From Candidatus Nomurabacteria bacterium (GTDB taxonomy: Bacteria > Patescibacteriota > Saccharimonadia > Saccharimonadales > HK-STAS-PATE-42), in contig CP060233.1 in NCBI GenBank assembly GCA_023898665.1, positions 420,368 through 484,367 of the forward strand: DNA of 64,000 nt, in the 5' to 3' direction. Below are positions 44,336-54,608 of the stretch, piece by piece. Under the pieces are notes generated by a model. The model was not told the DNA's origin. It did no database searches and saw only the letters and a list, made by a program, of their open reading frames with translations. Each line of letters starts with the position of its first letter. Position 1 is the first letter of the stretch. The position numbers and the translations under genes were made by a program.

Positions 44336-46576
44336 TTATACTAGACTTAACGGGGCATATTCAAGGTGGAGCTGTTTTGGTCCTGAGCTAAAGACTATTG
44401 TGGCCATCGGTTCACTAATATCCACTACTGTTCCAATACCGAATTTTGGATGAGAAACTTTTGAACCTTCTTTTAAGCTATTATTCGTCTCTGATTTTAC
44501 TTCTTGCTTATCAACAAAATTAGATGCCGAAAGTGTGTTGTTTACTGCTTCCGCTTCTTTAAAGATGTTATTTGCTCCATAACCCTGACCCTCTCCCAAG
44601 GTAGAGGAAGATCCAAATAAAATACTTGTTGGGGTTAAAGAGAAACCAGGAGCGACTTTAATAACTTGTTCATCTAAAAGTTCCGTTACAAAGCGTGAGG
44701 GTGGGTTGTTTTGGGGATTTCCGTATATGATGCGTCTTGTGGCATAAACGAGGTATAGAGCCTCTCTAGCGCGCGTCATAGCGACATACGCGAGTCTTCG
44801 CTCTTCTTCAAGTTCTTCTTGGTTTGTAGCAGATCTAGAGTGCGGGAACACGCCCTCTTCTAACCCGGCTATAAAGACCACAGGGAATTCCAGCCCTTTT
44901 GAGCCGTGAATAGTCATAAGAGTGACGCTATCGCCTGTTGAGCTTAATGAATCCAGATCTGAAACTAATGCGATGTCTTCTAAGAATGCTCCGAGATCAT
45001 TTGCACCTTGGGATGTGGCCACAGAGGCAAGTTCTCTTAAATTCTCCAAGCGCTCAATGCCTTGTGGGGTATTATCGTTGTAGAATTCATCAAGGTTGAA
45101 AAGAGAAATTACAGTCTGGATGATCTCTGCAACGCTAAACTTAAGCAAATCAGCACGTAGTTTTTCAATCTTAGAGTAAAAGTTTTTAGTAGCACTTAAA
45201 GCTTTAGAGCTTAACCCAGGGCATTCATCAATTAAGCATAGAGCGTGAGATAGTGAGCCTTGTTGAATTGCGAAGTTCTGTATTGCAAGAAGTGATTTTG
45301 CGCCGATTCCTCTGGCCGGGACGTTGATGATTCTATCAAAAGAGACTGAATCGTTTGGGTTATAGATTAATCTTAGGTAACTAATTAGATCTTTTACTTC
45401 TTTACGTTCATAGAATCTGATGCCTCCTACAATTTGGTAAGGTGTTCCTGTGCGCATAAATGCCTCCTCAAAAGTACGGGACTGAGCATTTGTGCGATAT
45501 AACACTACAAAATCCTTCCATTTACGGTCTTCATCCGCCATAAGGTCACGCATCTTGGTGATGATTATTTCAGCTTCATGATTTTCGGAACTAGCTTGCA
45601 GAAGTTCGACATCTTTGCCTGGGCCTTCATCCGTAAATAGCTCTTTAGAAGAGCGGGATGAGTTTTTAGTGATGATTTTATGGGCGGCATCTAGAATATT
45701 CTGGGTTGAGCGGTAGTTCTGCTCAAGCTTAATAACTTGTGCTCCTGGGAAGTCTTGCTCAAAGTTTAGAATTATCCGGTAGTCTGCGCCGCGCCAACTG
45801 TAAATACTTTGCCAATCATCTCCAACAACAAAGATATTACTCTTTTCATCTGTTAGGCATTTAAGGAGCTTATACTGGATTGGGTTTGTATCCTGGTATT
45901 CATCAACCAAAATGTGTTTAAAACGCGATTTGTAGGCTTCTCTGACCTCTTCTGAGTCAGTAAAGAGCTCTGCGGTCTTTAAGATTAAGTCATCGAAATC
46001 TAGAGCTCCAAGATCGGCCATTCTTTTTTTATAGATTGGCCAAGCTTCTGCTGTTAATCTTTCGGTTGGAGTTTTAGCGCTAAAGTCTAAATCATCTTGA
46101 GTTAAGCCATCGTTCTTCATTTTAGATATTAAGCTTAAGACTGGACGAGCTTGCTTGATGTCTTGTACTTTAAGATCATTTTTTAAGATCTGTTTAATTA
46201 GCTGCATGCGATCACCATCATCATAAATTACAAAATTAGATGGGATTCCGATGTGCTCGCCATCTCTGCGCAAGATTCTTACACAGATACTATGAAAAGT
46301 TCCTAAGTATGGGAGGGTGAAGTCTGTATTTTTTTCACCGTCTAAGCTCAAGTGAAGACTTTGCACGCGCTCGCGCATCTCTTTGGCGGCTTTGTTAGTA
46401 AAAGTAACCGCAAGTATTTGTGATGGATAAATTCCAGATCTAAGCAAATGCGCTATCCTATAGACTAATGTTTTGGTCTTACCCGAACCCGCTCCAGCAA
46501 GAACCAGCACTGGTCCATCCAGAGCTGTAGCTGCCTTATACTGAGCCGCATTAAGCTCTTGTAAAAAATCTGTCAT
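44336..46576 (-). CDS. uvrD: ATP-dependent DNA helicase UvrD/PcrA
   Basis: 746 aa. AGAGSGKT, VDEYQDTN, GDDWQSIYSWRGA, NYRST, VMTIHGSKGLEF-type (LMTIHGSKGLEF) and YVAMTRA. Confidence 0.9.
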   Translation of the reverse strand: MTDFLQELNAAQYKAATALDGPVLVLAGAGSGKTKTLVYRIAHLLRSGIYPSQILAVTFTNKAAKEMRERVQSLHLSLDGEKNTDFTLPYLGTFHSICVRILRRDGEHIGIPSNFVIYDDGDRMQLIKQILKNDLKVQDIKQARPVLSLISKMKNDGLTQDDLDFSAKTPTERLTAEAWPIYKKRMADLGALDFDDLILKTAELFTDSEEVREAYKSRFKHILVDEYQDTNPIQYKLLKCLTDEKSNIFVVGDDWQSIYSWRGADYRIILNFEQDFPGAQVIKLEQNYRSTQNILDAAHKIITKNSSRSSKELFTDEGPGKDVELLQASSENHEAEIIITKMRDLMADEDRKWKDFVVLYRTNAQSRTFEEAFMRTGTPYQIVGGIRFYERKEVKDLISYLRLIYNPNDSVSFDRIINVPARGIGAKSLLAIQNFAIQQGSLSHALCLIDECPGLSSKALSATKNFYSKIEKLRADLLKFSVAEIIQTVISLFNLDEFYNDNTPQGIERLENLRELASVATSQGANDLGAFLEDIALVSDLDSLSSTGDSVTLMTIHGSKGLEFPVVFIAGLEEGVFPHSRSATNQEELEEERRLAYVAMTRAREALYLVYATRRIIYGNPQNNPPSRFVTELLDEQVIKVAPGFSLTPTSILFGSSSTLGEGQGYGANNIFKEAEAVNNTLSASNFVDKQEVKSETNNSLKEGSKVSHPKFGIGTVVDISEPMATIVFSSGPKQLHLEYAPLSLV

Positions 46577-46681
46577 TTTATATCAGTAGAGAATTTGTTT
46601 TTATTATGATTAATTGTACCAGATAATATCCCGACAATTAATCTGGATATTTTTCTGGTAATTAAGTTCAAGCTTGTGGTA

Positions 46682-47065
46682 TTAGACTTTCTCTAAGATG
46701 ACTTGTATTTTTTCTACTACCTGTTTTGGGGTGCAATCAGCCTTGATTAAGAAGTCTACTATTAAGTCTGGAGTTCTAATTCTCTTCATTGCTTCTTCTT
46801 TACCTAGGTTAGTTAATATAACCACTGGAACTTTGACGCCCGCAGATTTAAACTGATCTAGGGTCTCTGGTCCATCTTGTACAGGCATCATAAGATCCAT
46901 CAAAACTATATCTGGTCCAAATTCTTTGACCATTTTAAAGCCGACAGCACCGTTCTCTGCAACCTCTACCTGATATCCTTCAGATTCAAATTTAAATCTG
47001 TACATCTCCGCGATCTCTTCTTGATCTTCGATAATTGCTACTTTTGTATCTTCTGGCTTTTTCAT
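46682..47065 (-). CDS. stand-alone response-regulator receiver domain (CheY-like)
   Basis: 127 aa. IIEDQ, phospho-acceptor LMDLMMP, ILTN and conserved K (FLIKA). There is no output domain and no kinase gene in the window. Confidence 0.8.
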   Translation of the reverse strand: MKKPEDTKVAIIEDQEEIAEMYRFKFESEGYQVEVAENGAVGFKMVKEFGPDIVLMDLMMPVQDGPETLDQFKSAGVKVPVVILTNLGKEEAMKRIRTPDLIVDFLIKADCTPKQVVEKIQVILEKV

Positions 47066-47130
47066 TTTGCTTGAACTTAAATTTTTATTTATAAAGATAA
47101 GCTTAACTGTTTAGTGACTACAAATCAAGT

Positions 47131-48405
47131 CTACCACCATCGTTTTGCCAACCAGAAACTGTAAGCACCAGCCCAACCGCCATATCTTGCGTTTGCATAA
47201 CTATTGCACCATCTTAATTGTGTAACTGGATTAGTTTGCCAATCTGAACCTGCAGAGGCCATCTTTGAGCCTGGTAAAGCTTGGCATAGTCCATACGCTC
47301 CTGAGCTTCGATTTCGTGCGGTGTAATTCCAGCCGCTTTCTTTTGAGATAATATGATCTACATAGCCCCACTGACTCTCTGGTATACTAGCAGCAGCTAA
47401 CCAGTCTCTGGATGATCCACTTACTTTAGAGGTTACAACCTTTCTTGCTCCGACTATTGTGGTTTGTTTAAGAGCTGGCTTAATAACTTCTTCATTTACA
47501 ACTGTTCTAGAAATCTCTTTGCCATTTATTTTTTTGATTTCATAAGTAACTCTTTTTTGACCAGTGTAACCAGCAGATTGTACTTGTCTATAACCTGTAT
47601 CTTTATTTACATCTTTAATTAGATCTTCTGGCATAGGAATTTCCTCATCGGAGACTAGAACTTCTCTGCTATCATTTTTTATTTCTACAGTAATCCCGTC
47701 AGTAATTGCCTGATCAGGACTTTGCAATAATATATCTCCCTCTTGTAGACTTAATGACTTTTCCTCTAAAAACTCTTTTACTGTCTTACTTTGAGTTCTT
47801 TGTTCGGTTACAGCGCCGTATAGATTAAGATTAACTTTATCTGCGCGGTCAACCTTTAATGTAAGGCCAGGTTTTAGATCTCCTGCAGATATGTCAGAAG
47901 GGACTATTTCGTGATTATCCTCAGGATTAAGCATAATGCCAGCCTCTTTTGTTATGCCTTCAGCAGTTTTTTGCGCAGTTTCGATTTCGACTTGAGCGCC
48001 CTTATCTTTAATTGTTACTGGAACCGATCTATACACATTAATTTTATAACCATCACTTATTTCAGTTTCAAGACCAGGCTCAACAATATCTTTATCACTT
48101 AGTTTAACTCCTGCTGCGTCAATGACTTCTTTAACAGTTTTTGAATTCCTGGCAATATTTAAGATCTGTCCGTCAACATATAATTGAGCCGTCGTATCAA
48201 AACCAGTTGCAAAAACTTTTCTACTTCCTAATGGTAGGGCCACTGCAAGGAGTAATAATACTAAGTATGATGTTCGTCTTATTGGGTGTTGTTTAACTTT
48301 TGTCTGATGATTATGGATACTAAAAATGCTCGTCATAAGGTGTTTTTGCACCAACTTCTTTAGTCTTGCTACCAAACTTATTGAGTTTAGAAATTCTTTA
48401 TACAC
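47131..48405 (-). CDS. cell-wall hydrolase: DUF348 repeats + G5 domain + C-terminal lysozyme/transglycosylase-like domain (RpfB/YabE-like architecture)
   Basis: 424 aa. N-terminal TM helix, repeated TV.E.L......L...D domains, G5-like GQKRVTYEIKKINGKE, and C-terminal ESGWN..A.N.SSGAYGLCQALPGSKM...W. Confidence 0.65.
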   Translation of the reverse strand: MYKEFLNSISLVARLKKLVQKHLMTSIFSIHNHQTKVKQHPIRRTSYLVLLLLAVALPLGSRKVFATGFDTTAQLYVDGQILNIARNSKTVKEVIDAAGVKLSDKDIVEPGLETEISDGYKINVYRSVPVTIKDKGAQVEIETAQKTAEGITKEAGIMLNPEDNHEIVPSDISAGDLKPGLTLKVDRADKVNLNLYGAVTEQRTQSKTVKEFLEEKSLSLQEGDILLQSPDQAITDGITVEIKNDSREVLVSDEEIPMPEDLIKDVNKDTGYRQVQSAGYTGQKRVTYEIKKINGKEISRTVVNEEVIKPALKQTTIVGARKVVTSKVSGSSRDWLAAASIPESQWGYVDHIISKESGWNYTARNRSSGAYGLCQALPGSKMASAGSDWQTNPVTQLRWCNSYANARYGGWAGAYSFWLAKRWW

Positions 48406-48870
48406 TCTAGTTTACTACCCTAATCTGCTAGATCTGATAGTAGTTAAGTATATCATTAAAGAAATTTCTCTCAAAAGTGGCAGTTTTACCTAAATAGGCC
48501 AAATTATTGGTCTAATACACACAGGTAACTATCAAAATCTTTGGTGTCTAACTTTCAGTTTAAGTATTCAACTTCAGCTTCTGCTTTTATTTGGCTATCT
48601 TCCTCCTGATATTAAAAAGCGAACGTTGTTAGTATATTTGGTCCTCGAACAAATCAAGGGCTAAATTGGATACTTAAGCTTAATCTAATAAAAGCGTTTC
48701 TCTCACAAAACCTTCACATAGATGCCTGAACAAAAATTATAATTTTCATTATAATTTGTTGGTTGCTTGATAATTTATACACGAATATATATTAAAAAAG
48801 CAAACTATTTTCCTTAAAATGATGCATAATTTACACGCCTTATACTGGTGCTACAATGTAAACAATTTGC

Positions 48871-51600
48871 TTAGCTGTTAATACTGTTATCCTCGAGATA
48901 TTTTAATGCATTAGGTAACTCTTTTTTGTGCCATGATATGCGTGATCTTGCTATATCAAGTGACTCATTTAGAGCTTTTTCAATTTGGTTATTATTTAGG
49001 GCTACAAAAAATTTTTTAAGTTTAGCTAGATCTTTATTGTTAAACGCTGTAGAGATTATTATTTTTACTGCACTCGATTTGTCGAACGGACTTAAGTTTG
49101 TTTCAAGCCAATTCCATCCATTATCGTTTAGGATCCAATTCAGTACATATTTAATAGATGCCAAGTCAGAACTCAATAATTGTGATAGCCATGAAAGTAT
49201 GTCCTGATCTTTTACTAGAGTACCGTCTAACATGGTCATTAAATTTCTTTTAACAAAGTGCTCCCCCTCAAACACGCATAGTCCATATGTAAGATCATCT
49301 CTGATAGTTGGGTTATTCATATTATTAATGTAAGAGGAGAGGAGTGTATTGTAATCTTTTTTCTTACCATTCTTTGCGACTATATATAAAACTAATAGTC
49401 TCTTTTCTGATTCAATTTCTTCTATACACCCTTTTGAATCAACAAATAATTGGTAGAGTTGATCCGATATTTTTTTATTTTGAGAGAGACTGGCTAGTGA
49501 TAAAAGCTCAAATCTAACTGATATTGTATTGGGGCTATCATTTTCAGAAGATCTAAACTTAACATCTTCAATTTGCTTACTAATCAGTTTATCTATGTAA
49601 GTATTTAATAAGCTGGTTCTTCCTATTTGTTTTAAGTGATGATGGAGAGATGCAATGAATCCACCAGAAAGACTCCAGAAATGAGTGTTAAGAGTGCTGC
49701 CCTTTATTGCGCTAATAGTTGACAAGATAGCACCAGTTCCAGGTTTAAACTGCTGGGCTTTATTTAATGCAATAATATCGCTTAAGATATTGAGCATTTC
49801 AAATTCATTAAGTTTACCTTTTTCAGCAGACTTAGTGATTGGTGCTAGAAATTCTATAGGGTAACTTGTGATATAAAATGATTCTCCTCGCTTGTTTAGT
49901 TTAATTGGAAGTTTCCTATATTTTGGAAATTGAATTGTATGGATATAATTTTGCATAACAAAATCATCTTGACTTTTATTTAGGTCCGAATAGACAAAGC
50001 TAATTGGTATATACCATAACTTTTGATTGGGTTTATTAAAATCGTTTGATAAATTGTTTAGATAGTATTCTTTATGCTTCTTTTTAATATTAGGCTTAAG
50101 CTTAAGAGCGTCATTCTGTATTTTTTTTAAACTATCTTTTTTTTCATCCTCTGATAAAAATTGGGACTGTCTAAGAACAATTTGTTTACTGTTCTTGCCG
50201 ACTGAGAGATCTACTTTTGGTAGACCAGGCTCTACTAACCATTTTTCTGTAAACTTAATTAAGTCAACACTTGTATACCTTTGCCAACATAATAATAAAT
50301 CTTTTGATGTAGCTGAACTAAATTTATATTTTTCAAAATAATCTTTAAGACCTTTCAAAAAATTTTCCTCTCTTAATATACTGAATAGCATTCTGATCAC
50401 ACTCCCTGACTTTTCATATGCTATTGAGTCAAAAGCATCGACAGCATGGTGCGGTGCTTTGACTTTATTAACTATTGGACGTGAGCTAAGTAAAGAGTCC
50501 ATTCTAATTGCATAATTCTTTTCTGTAATTAAATATTGTTCTAAGATATTCCATTCTGGATATAAATTATCGACAGTGTAGTATTCAATAAAGTTTGCAA
50601 AGCCTTCCTTTAACCATAATTCGTCCCACCACTTCATTGTTACTAAATTGCCGAACCATTGATGAGCAACTTCATGAGCTATTATAAGGGCTATCATTTG
50701 TTTATCAGCAAGCGTGGAGCTATCTTTATCAAATAGTAGTAAGTCTTCTCTAAATGTCAACAAACCCCAGTTTTCCATACCTCCTGCATCAAAGTCAGGA
50801 ACAGCAACAAGATCTAATTTTTCTAATGGATATGACATACCAAATTTTTCTTCTAAAAATTTTAAACTTTTAGAGGCAAATTCAAGTGCGAAATCTACTG
50901 AACTAACCTTATCTGGAGTAGTAAAAACTCTTACTAAAGTATTATCAACTTTATTCTCTTTTGACTTAAGTTCTCCAACAATTAAGGCGAGCAAATACGT
51001 GCTCATTTTAGGTGTAGTATTAAACCTAACAGTTCTTAGTCCATTGTTATGACTAGAGCTTTTAATTGGTGTATTAAATAGAGTGACCTCATTAGTTGAA
51101 GAGTTTATTAAGTTTAACTGAAGGTTAAAAAATGCTTTAGCTTCGGGCTCATCAATACATGGGAGAAGTTGCCTTGCATAGTGTGGTTCAAACTGAGTGG
51201 TTAATATTTCTTTCTGATTACTCTTTTTATCAAGCCAAGAACTTGTATAAAAACCGTTAGTCCCTTTTGTACTAACTTTGCCAGAGTATTCTAATTCAAT
51301 GGCATATTTACCCGATTTAACTTGTTCTTTTGTGTGTAGTCTTAATTCCTGTAATTTTTTATGGTGAACAATTCTAGTTACTTCAATTTCTTTTTTTATT
51401 TTCTTGTCATTAAAAACTATTCTAGCAGAAGTAACTTTCAGGCCTAGTTGATTAAAGGTAAACCTATACGAAGGCTTATGCTTTTTATAGCCATTAATAA
51501 TAAGTTTGCCTGAAAATCTTTTATTTTTCTTGTCTAAGTCTAATTCTAAGTGGTAGTTATCAGGATTAAACTGAGATATTAATCTTTTACTACTGGGCAT
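48871..51600 (-). CDS. pepN: M1-family aminopeptidase N
   Basis: 909 aa. GGMENWG (GAMEN) exopeptidase motif, zinc site HEVAHQWFGN...(18)...WLKEGFA, and a long ERAP1-like helical C-terminal domain. Confidence 0.9.
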   Translation of the reverse strand: MPSSKRLISQFNPDNYHLELDLDKKNKRFSGKLIINGYKKHKPSYRFTFNQLGLKVTSARIVFNDKKIKKEIEVTRIVHHKKLQELRLHTKEQVKSGKYAIELEYSGKVSTKGTNGFYTSSWLDKKSNQKEILTTQFEPHYARQLLPCIDEPEAKAFFNLQLNLINSSTNEVTLFNTPIKSSSHNNGLRTVRFNTTPKMSTYLLALIVGELKSKENKVDNTLVRVFTTPDKVSSVDFALEFASKSLKFLEEKFGMSYPLEKLDLVAVPDFDAGGMENWGLLTFREDLLLFDKDSSTLADKQMIALIIAHEVAHQWFGNLVTMKWWDELWLKEGFANFIEYYTVDNLYPEWNILEQYLITEKNYAIRMDSLLSSRPIVNKVKAPHHAVDAFDSIAYEKSGSVIRMLFSILREENFLKGLKDYFEKYKFSSATSKDLLLCWQRYTSVDLIKFTEKWLVEPGLPKVDLSVGKNSKQIVLRQSQFLSEDEKKDSLKKIQNDALKLKPNIKKKHKEYYLNNLSNDFNKPNQKLWYIPISFVYSDLNKSQDDFVMQNYIHTIQFPKYRKLPIKLNKRGESFYITSYPIEFLAPITKSAEKGKLNEFEMLNILSDIIALNKAQQFKPGTGAILSTISAIKGSTLNTHFWSLSGGFIASLHHHLKQIGRTSLLNTYIDKLISKQIEDVKFRSSENDSPNTISVRFELLSLASLSQNKKISDQLYQLFVDSKGCIEEIESEKRLLVLYIVAKNGKKKDYNTLLSSYINNMNNPTIRDDLTYGLCVFEGEHFVKRNLMTMLDGTLVKDQDILSWLSQLLSSDLASIKYVLNWILNDNGWNWLETNLSPFDKSSAVKIIISTAFNNKDLAKLKKFFVALNNNQIEKALNESLDIARSRISWHKKELPNALKYLEDNSINS

Positions 51601-51648
51601 GGATGATCTTTAAAGGTTCTTTGAATAGTAGACTTTAATCGCTGCTTA

Positions 51649-52299
51649 TTAATTAGCGAGCTCTTCGTCTAGCAATTGTCGAATCTTAGCCTTTCCTTCT
51701 GTAACACCACCTGGTTCGATTATTTTACCATTTAGTAAAAACGTAGGGGTTCCTTGAGCTCCGATCTTAGAAGCTGATAATAGATCACTGTTTATTCTGT
51801 CAGCAACACCTTCAGATTCATAGCTTGATTTGAACTTAGCCATATCTAGCCCTAGTTCATCAGCATAGTTTTCAAATTTACCTTGAGCGCTTTTATTATC
51901 GCCTCTCCATTCACTCCATCGTGCATACAATAAGTCATGCATGTCCCAGAACTTACCCTGAAGGGATGCAGCCTCAGCCGCCCTTGCTGCTGCAAATGCG
52001 TTAATGTGCTTATCTGTAAGAGGGAAATTTCTGAATATAAAAGCCACCCGGTCGTTATATTCTTCTTTTATTTTTAATAGCTCAGGTTCCCATGCGTTAC
52101 ATGCAGGACACTCATAATCTCCATAGGTTATTAGGTATACCTTGGAATCTGTCTTGCCCCTTACATGATCATCCGGTTGTACTAAAGATGGGTCTGCGAT
52201 TTTTCTTGTGGTGCTATCATTTTTTTTGCTGGAGTAAATTGCATATCCAAAAACTGCTAATACTAAAACTACAAATATTATCCAAAATTTTTTATTCAT
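51649..52299 (-). CDS. DsbA-family thiol:disulfide oxidoreductase, membrane-anchored
   Basis: 216 aa. N-terminal TM helix, thioredoxin-fold active site CPAC, and a GTPTF cis-Pro loop region. Confidence 0.8.
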   Translation of the reverse strand: MNKKFWIIFVVLVLAVFGYAIYSSKKNDSTTRKIADPSLVQPDDHVRGKTDSKVYLITYGDYECPACNAWEPELLKIKEEYNDRVAFIFRNFPLTDKHINAFAAARAAEAASLQGKFWDMHDLLYARWSEWRGDNKSAQGKFENYADELGLDMAKFKSSYESEGVADRINSDLLSASKIGAQGTPTFLLNGKIIEPGGVTEGKAKIRQLLDEELAN

Positions 52300-52348
52300 A
52301 TTTATAGTTTAACACAAGAAATAAACCAGTCTGTTACTGGTTATTTCT

Positions 52349-53422
52349 TTAGTTTTGCTCAGGACTCTTTTCAGTATTTTCTGGTTTGATGATATCAATC
52401 TCGTATCCTGTAAGCTCTCCGGCTAACCTGACGTTAGCTCCTCCTCGACCGATTGCTATTCTAACTTCTTCTTCAGAAACATAAACTTGAGCAGTTTTGT
52501 TTGATTCATCTAGCTCTATTCTGTCAATTTTTGCAGGAGAAAGGGCTCTTATTATATATTCTGAAGGATCTTCAGCCCACTCGACTATATCTAAGCGTTC
52601 GTTATCTCCAATTTCTGCATTAACTGCTTTAACACGAACTCCATGACCGCCTATCAAAGTACCTGCTGCGTCAACTCCTGGAATATCTGTAAAGACAGCT
52701 ACTTTTGTTCTTAAACCAGCAGCACGAGCAATTCCTTTAATCTGAACCGCCCCATCAGATATTTCTGGAACCTCTTGTTTAAATAATTCAATTACAAGTT
52801 CAGGGCATGCACGAGATACGATCATAGTTGGGATTCTGCCCTCATCATCGATTTCTTTAATATAAAACTTGAGTCTTTCACCCATGTTATATCGTTCACC
52901 AGGAACTTGTTCCTCTTTTGGCATTAGAGCGCTGGCTCGGCCTAAGTCTACTCTTACAAAACGAGATTCAACTCTTTGAATACTTGCCGCGATTACAGTA
53001 CCAACTCGGTCTTTATATTCATCAACCATTATTTTACTCTCTGACTCTTTCAAGCTCTGTATAATCGCTTGTTTGGCAGTTTGAGCGGCTATTCTTCCGA
53101 AGTCTTCTGGAACTTCTTGAGCTTCTTTTACGCTACTTCCTATAGATGCATTTTTATCTACCTTTTTAGCACCTTCAAGAGTAAGCTGAGTTAACTCATC
53201 CTCTACTTCATCAACGACTTCATAATTAACAAAGATTTCAAGTTCACCATTATTGATGTTAAATTTTGCGGATACGTTTTGACCGCGCTCTCCTTTATCT
53301 CTTCTCCAAGCTGCCGCAAAAGCGTTTTCTACAGCTGTAAATACTGTTTCTTCTGGCACGTTGCGCTCTTGAGCTAAAGACTTAATAGCCTCAGATAGCT
53401 GGTCTAATTTTAAGCTTTTCAT
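52349..53422 (-). CDS. nusA: transcription termination/antitermination factor NusA
   Basis: N-terminal domain, S1 domain (GTVIAASIQRV..RFVRVDLG) and two KH domains (IGGHGVRVKAV, IGRGGANVRLA). Start taken at MKSLKLDQLSEAIK. Confidence 0.9.
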   Translation of the reverse strand: MKSLKLDQLSEAIKSLAQERNVPEETVFTAVENAFAAAWRRDKGERGQNVSAKFNINNGELEIFVNYEVVDEVEDELTQLTLEGAKKVDKNASIGSSVKEAQEVPEDFGRIAAQTAKQAIIQSLKESESKIMVDEYKDRVGTVIAASIQRVESRFVRVDLGRASALMPKEEQVPGERYNMGERLKFYIKEIDDEGRIPTMIVSRACPELVIELFKQEVPEISDGAVQIKGIARAAGLRTKVAVFTDIPGVDAAGTLIGGHGVRVKAVNAEIGDNERLDIVEWAEDPSEYIIRALSPAKIDRIELDESNKTAQVYVSEEEVRIAIGRGGANVRLAGELTGYEIDIIKPENTEKSPEQN

Positions 53423-53515
53423 ATTAATTTTTATTCCTTTCTTTAGAAATGAAAATGCCGGGCTCAACTAGCTCGGCAAGACTTCTGTTAATTATAGATT
53501 ATAGCAAATCTAAGT

Positions 53516-54082
53516 TTACTTATCAAACTTATGAACAGGAGTTTCAGTTCTAGTGAAAACATCTTCTTGCATATGTAAAATATCATCATCTTCAAAATCT
53601 TCATGCCACCAGTAACCAAGAATTTCTCTTTTTTCATTACTCGGTGAATCAATTGGATGCTTATCAATAATATGCGAACCATTAGAGCCATTAGATACGG
53701 CTTCCTTATCATTTATGATAATACCCACATGCTTAGTCGCCCATGCTCTATGAAGCTTGTTTTCACCATAAATTACTAATGCACCTGGTCTTGGCTCAGC
53801 GATTTCTCTCCAGCCGTTTTGAGGTAGTTTCGTAACTAAAGAGTTTACATTTGCTACCGCTTCATTCTTCCAGAGCTCACACATCTTAAGCGTAGTAGAT
53901 ATATGATATGCGCAGGAGAGATTACCGTCCTCGTATAGGTCATGAACATTGCCGTCAGAATCTAAAATAAAAGACTTTGACCACATCTTGCTCCCAACTG
54001 AGTTGTTTGCAATATATATTAAGGTTCGTCTTCTTAGCCAACGAACAATGTGAGTTTCTTGATTCTTATCCCATTTCTGCAT
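53516..54082 (-). CDS. papain-like (NlpC/P60-superfamily-like) putative Cys/His hydrolase, paralog 2
   Basis: 188 aa. It shares DGNLSCAYHIS...GW.E...PG.V......H.G....K.AVSN with the upstream paralog. The Cys...His spacing resembles NlpC/P60-type enzymes. The fold assignment is inference. Confidence 0.4.
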   Translation of the reverse strand: MQKWDKNQETHIVRWLRRRTLIYIANNSVGSKMWSKSFILDSDGNVHDLYEDGNLSCAYHISTTLKMCELWKNEAVANVNSLVTKLPQNGWREIAEPRPGALVIYGENKLHRAWATKHVGIIINDKEAVSNGSNGSHIIDKHPIDSPSNEKREILGYWWHEDFEDDDILHMQEDVFTRTETPVHKFDK

Positions 54083-54121
54083 ATGTTTGTTTTGGATTTT
54101 GTTTAATATTAATAATTAAGT

Positions 54122-54598
54122 TTAGCTTGGTTGAGGGAGTTTGGCAAATTGCTCCTGCCCTCTGTATACTATCTCTATTTTTCTATTATCACTCATAACA
54201 GAGTGTTCCTGAGGGAAACCTAATTTATAGTTAATACTAACAGCCTTGTTGTCACCAACATAAAAGCCTATGTGCGGGTGTAATATACCAGGTTCTTCAT
54301 CAAACTCTATTGCCTCCCAAATGATTACATCGCCGCTTAATATCTTTGATTTATCATCCACTTCTTTCCATCCATGGTTTACGATATCTTTTATTGTAGA
54401 GGAAACTGTAGCATGAGGTTTTTCTTGCTGACCAAATAATAGAAGTATTGAAGAGACATAATAAGCACAGCTAAGCTCTCCGTCATTAAAGATATCCCTC
54501 TCTACCCCATCTTCTTCTACAAAAAATGATCTGAACAAGTTTGAGTTAATAGAGTTGCTGATTACTTCTAAATAGGATTTGAACCAAAGTCTTTTCAT
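54122..54598 (-). CDS. papain-like (NlpC/P60-superfamily-like) putative Cys/His hydrolase, paralog 1
   Basis: 158 aa. DGELSCAYYVSS...HGWKEV...GDVIIWE...HPHIGFYVG.NKAVS. Confidence 0.4.
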   Translation of the reverse strand: MKRLWFKSYLEVISNSINSNLFRSFFVEEDGVERDIFNDGELSCAYYVSSILLLFGQQEKPHATVSSTIKDIVNHGWKEVDDKSKILSGDVIIWEAIEFDEEPGILHPHIGFYVGDNKAVSINYKLGFPQEHSVMSDNRKIEIVYRGQEQFAKLPQPS

Positions 54599-54608
54599 AT
54601 ATTATATA

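Noticed and set aside
48406-48870. 465-nt AT-rich gap upstream of the G5/transglycosylase gene, examined for ncRNA, small ORFs or repeats
   Set aside because: No convincing hairpins, conserved RNA motifs, repeats or ORFs with start signals were found. It probably holds promoter/leader sequence and the pepN terminator.
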